Assembly (NCBI GenBank): GCA_976226885.1
Contig: OZ320316.1
Span: 71,548,001 to 71,612,000, forward strand
Source: Iphione sp. A-MEVVRFRX5
Lineage: Eukaryota
Length of the DNA stretch: 64,000 nucleotides
Direction: 5' to 3'
The notes below the pieces were generated by a model. That model worked only from the letters and a program-made list of their open reading frames with translations. It was not told the DNA's origin and searched no databases. This document shows positions 59,776-64,000 of the stretch, piece after piece. The position numbers and the translations under genes were made by a program. The first letter of the stretch is position 1; every line of letters starts with the position of its first letter.

Positions 59776-62700
59776 TGAAGATTACTAAGCCCAAATCATT
59801 CATGTTGCTCTATACAGAGTATGAGTAACGAGACCAAACCATGGGAAAAACTAAAGTAAGTCAGTCCAAAGCTTGATCTCTTACACGGGTCTCAACTATA
59901 CTATCTTTTGTATGTACCACTACTCTGCAAATATAGACATCAACAGTACATCAATGTTATGGAGTACTTGACATCAATAAACTCTGTAATAGTATGAATT
60001 GTTAAAATAATCCTTTATCTAAATAATAATGCTATTTGTTTGACGCAAATGTGTACAGTCATTTATATATCATATGGTAAGTCGTACAACATACTTACTT
60101 AGATGTCAATTAAGACATGCGCTGGCAAATATTGTATTATATTAAAGCAATTAAATGAAACATGAACAAGTTAAATGAAATGTATAATTTTAACGCATTC
60201 CTTTTTACAAATAAATGCATCCCACCTTTCTTCTGTTTTATCTGGATACAGTTTATTTGAATTCCTTATATTTGTTCTAACAATGTGATATTTCTTTGAT
60301 GCCCATGTGTCCTTAGCAATTTTTGACTGGTTACCCTTGAATAGAGGTATATTTACTAGTTACCCATGGCATCCTGCAGATGTGTGCGGGCACTGAGTGC
60401 GCCTATATGTTCGTATGTTTGTTATGTGGGGTGGAATTTAAATCCTGCTGAGTTTAAACTGGTTGAACCACTTTCCCTTCAGTATCAGCCTAGAACTTAT
60501 CACCAGGCATCCAAATGTAGTCTGCTCTTAGGAAATATACAATTTCATGTGTTTCAGTGACACTAGCAATACTCTTACATTTATGGGAAGAACCATTTCC
60601 CTTTGTATGGGAAATATTGTGTGCAATTCAAAGCATAAACACCTTAAGAAAAGTGATGGCTTGTCAATGTCCAACCCTCCCATCGATCGGTTAATCTAAA
60701 CTCACAAGGAATTAAACATCCAGAAATATATTGTAAAGCAAACTCAGACAATAGAGTCGAGTTCTTGTCTTGCATATCCGCAGCTGGCAAAACATACAAA
60801 GTCATGTGAAATACCTAATACTTATTTCCTATTCTTAATATGAAAGCTTGCAATCTTTTGCTACGTAGATTACTAATGAAATGAATTAGAAATAAGATGG
60901 AGCAAATCGATATTTACACTTTGGAGATGTCTAGCAAATGCATTGAGGTTGAACAATTTAAATGAGGTATATAATAGTAAGCCAAACCTGTTTTCACTAA
61001 CTCACATCGGAACTAAATAAGTCGACTATATTTATGAATTAGTTCAAAGGATGATTCTTTTAGTGAGATATGAACGGACGTTTATGAAGAATCCCTGGAA
61101 AGATCCAAAGCAAAGTATGTTTAGAGTCGTTTGTGTTGCCTTTTGAACACGTCAAGCACATCTCTCTATATAATTTATAAACACCTCGGCCGTAGCCTCA
61201 GAGTTTATAAGCCATAATCGACTCTCCTCGGACTTTATCTAATACATAACGGCATAATAACGCTCTGTTACATCAAGACAATGAACGCTATACATGAAGT
61301 AATTCAAGACCTCTGGCTACTAAATCAGTGGTCCAACCATCTCTGAACATGCATCACCTGGGAGTAAGGAATGCCTGGAAGAACCTTCAAGGAAATCGCA
61401 CCTTCATCGCACAACAGGACAACGTCAGACTATTGATCGTTTGGTGGGGAATACTACTAGGATACCTCACTCTTTCGGACATATTCCCAGAAATGCGATC
61501 ACTGTAATTCATGTATTTGAGGCAGGTAGAGTTAGAGAATGTACTGTTTATTGATGTGAGGTCTACAACAGTTACTCTCTAGATGAAAAGCTTTTTCACG
61601 AAGCAAAGGCATAAAAGGACCATGTCGAGCTAATTGTCGTCTGTTTTGAAATGCTGTTATGATGCTCCATTTGCTCTGACATAGTTAAGAGTATTGATCA
61701 CTGTTATTCATAGATTGGCAGGAGGAAAAGTTAGAAGAGACACTTTGATACTGATAAATTGGTATATTATCCACTATCTATTATGCTTGTTACACAGGGT
61801 CAAAATTCAAGGATTAAGGGTCAAATCCAAAATGATAGCTCTAGGCATTCAGCTGTTTGCATAGATTTCATCTCGTTGTTATCTGCAGACATCTGACATG
61901 AAAAGGAACACCTAAAGTGTTGATAAGATAGGAGTATTTTACAGGTAGAAGCTGATGAGAACCCTCTTCACATATAGAATGACAGGTAACAGAAAAAAAT
62001 ATTCTGCTCATTATAGAGAAAATGGCATTCTAGGCGCCTGGGGAAGATTTTGCCCTCCCACAATGAGCAAACTCCATGGCAGGGGCACAGAACAAGCATC
62101 CCGCGCGCATGTTACTACAGAAAGGAGAATTTCTTCACTCTAGAGAGAGGTGCTGAAGTTCTAGAGCCAAGGGGTACATGTTCTTGTATGTGAGAATACC
62201 ATAAATGCCAAGTGAGCTACTCCAGCTTCATCTCCAGCTTTCTTTTCCCAGTGATGCAACACCTTAAATTATCCCTTAAACCTTAAATATCTTTTAGCCA
62301 TACCATCTTGAAGAAAAAAGAATCATCTAATCCAACTATATGTGAAAATGTTATGTTAATTGCTTTACCCATGTTTGCAGGTTTTCTGTTCGCTACCAGT
62401 GGCATGGTGCAGGCGGCCCAGACCTCCCCACCACCTGACATGGGGCTTATCCTCATGTACATGGGTTATATGCACTCTTTCTTGTAAAACATGTTAGTTC
62501 TTAAAATTTCGTACTAATTTGCATATCATTTGCATAAAATATTAAAAATAACCTTTTTGTTGAAAGAGGGACATATCGGTGGAACGTTTTGCAAGTATAA
62601 AATATATGTAATGTTAAAATTTTCATATCATTTGCATAAAAAGCCACAAAATTTACAATAATATGGCCCACTTTCAACAAAAAGTCACAAAATTTCCACC

Positions 62701-64000
62701 GTCACTCTTACTGTACTTTGTTGTCTTGAATAAATCTGATGTAAACGATACCCGGACAAGTAAACGCGACCCACTCCTACTCATCCAAACACCTCTTTCG
62801 TCAAATTGCTTCCGGACAAACAATAACCTGGATCTTCAGACAAAAAATAGAACTGAGAAATACTCAAGAGACAGTCAAGCACACTGGACAACTGAGACCT
62901 ACGAGTGTAGTCTAACAGTATATGTGGATTAACAAGTAAAATTAGCAGTAAGTGTACTACTTTTTTGTTTCAAAATTCAATCAGTATTGGCTTTAGCGGC
63001 AAGGGTACACTGGAAAAATAATTTTCCAAAAATTCCCAAAATGGATTTCCTACTGCAAAAAGCAAATTATTTAAAGAGCTCGGATGTTCACTCTTTCCTT
63101 ATTTTTTAGCTGCTTCTACTTTTTGTTATTTAATCCGGTAATGATTTTCGCGCTCTCCTTCTCTGGGTAAACGTTGGCCCCCACCTGGCAGCCCGGGAGA
63201 CGATGAGGCTTTGGGTGACTGCGACCTGATCGCCATGACGCGCACGTGAGCCAAGTCAGCTTGCGCAGGCTACTTACAACGAAAGTACATTAGGATAGTT
63301 TGCATTTCAGGCAGTCTCTGTCCAGCCCTGGCCTGGCCTTTCCGCTTTGTTTAGGTCTAACCGCCCTGCGTCAGTCTGGATGTCCGGAAGAGGGGAGAGA
63401 CCTTACCATAGCCACTTAGTGGCGAACGGTGTCCTATTCCATCCAACTCCATGGTATGCATTGCTGCTGTCATGCAGTTCCAAGGCAGCACATTTTAAAT
63501 GGCTGCTAAAATTTAAAGGATTTTGGAGGTAATATACATGCGTCAGTTAAGAAAACACGATTGCACACGGTTTATGTATCATGATGATGACAGATAATAA
63601 AATTACAAGAACCAATTAACATTAGCGACACACTATATCGGTGCAGATTTTCTGTTGCACTTAAAATAGAATTCTATTTATATAATTTTTGTTATCCAGG
63701 CGGACACTTATTTTTTTTATATTTTATTTAAATTTATACTCATCACCTTTCTGAGATCATTGAAACAAAACGGCTATAGAGTTTACCGGCAGGAATATGA
63801 TATAATTTGTTATTTGATATGGGTATTCGCGCTGCATGAAATGTGTTCGAGGAAAATCTGTACAAAATTGAAGCTGATACACCCCTGAAACATAAATGAG
63901 ATTACAGAATTAATGCTGTAAAGTTGTGTACTAACACAATGCAAATAAGGTTGGAATATAAAAGGAGCAATGTGATATCTCTATATGCACAGCATTCTAG

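Larger units (their letters stand above)
27139..64000 (+). other. Probable giant intron 2 of the CARP gene (continues past the window end)
   Basis: A manual scan for the expected next exon (G|P-x-FWGL..NPxWxLC..GxRQSP) via ttctggg/ttttggg/tactggg/tattggg words and ag|gnccn acceptors found no match. Confidence 0.65.

Noticed and set aside
62381-62470. Exon-like GC block after a good acceptor (tgtttgcag|)
   Set aside because: No frame resembles CARP exon 3 (GPxFWG) and there is no convincing donor.
21290-64000. REST/NRSE site in this neural gene
   Set aside because: No match to TTCAGCACCnnGGACAG found on either strand by manual scan.
27200-64000. Nested protein-coding gene or endogenous virus explaining the GC-rich intronic blocks
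   Set aside because: All ORFs are at most ~140 aa with no recognisable motifs (no polymerase, capsid or recombinase signatures) and no consistent exon chain.
1-64000. CRISPR arrays, operons, rRNA or intact tRNA genes
   Set aside because: Eukaryotic context. The tandem arrays have no unique spacers, and the tRNA-like sequences are degenerate SINE heads.

Overview
Eukaryotic genomic DNA from an invertebrate animal. The invertebrate-type CARP motif, frequent TACATGTA/ATTTGCAT words and a Harbinger-type MITE suggest a deuterostome such as amphioxus, but that is inference. The window has two compartments. (1) Bases ~1-21,000 are rich in transposon relics and mostly CpG-poor. They include a decayed full-length Gypsy/Ty3 LTR retrotransposon (11129-19847). 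Its pol is interrupted by a 1483-bp solo-LTR-type insertion with a clean GTTC target-site duplication, and it carries an unexplained extra 3' ORF. LINE relics, a tRNA-derived SINE and small tandem arrays lie nearby. (2) Bases ~21,300-64,000 hold the 5' end of a secreted carbonic anhydrase-related protein gene (CA10/CA11/CARP family). A signal-peptide exon (22103-22148) and a 48-nt exon (27091-27138) give MLLALVLQLLWFTNMAYGSTWSEWWTYEGISG. No third exon was found, so intron 2 appears to exceed 36.8 kb. That intron contains many CpG-rich regulatory-looking islands, a MITE and a near-perfect 30-bp-stem hairpin. Nearly all other ORFs in the supplied track look spurious. I found no convincing new multi-gene system. 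The best leads are the intronic hairpin, the Gypsy extra ORF, the nested LTR and the intronic promoter-like island.
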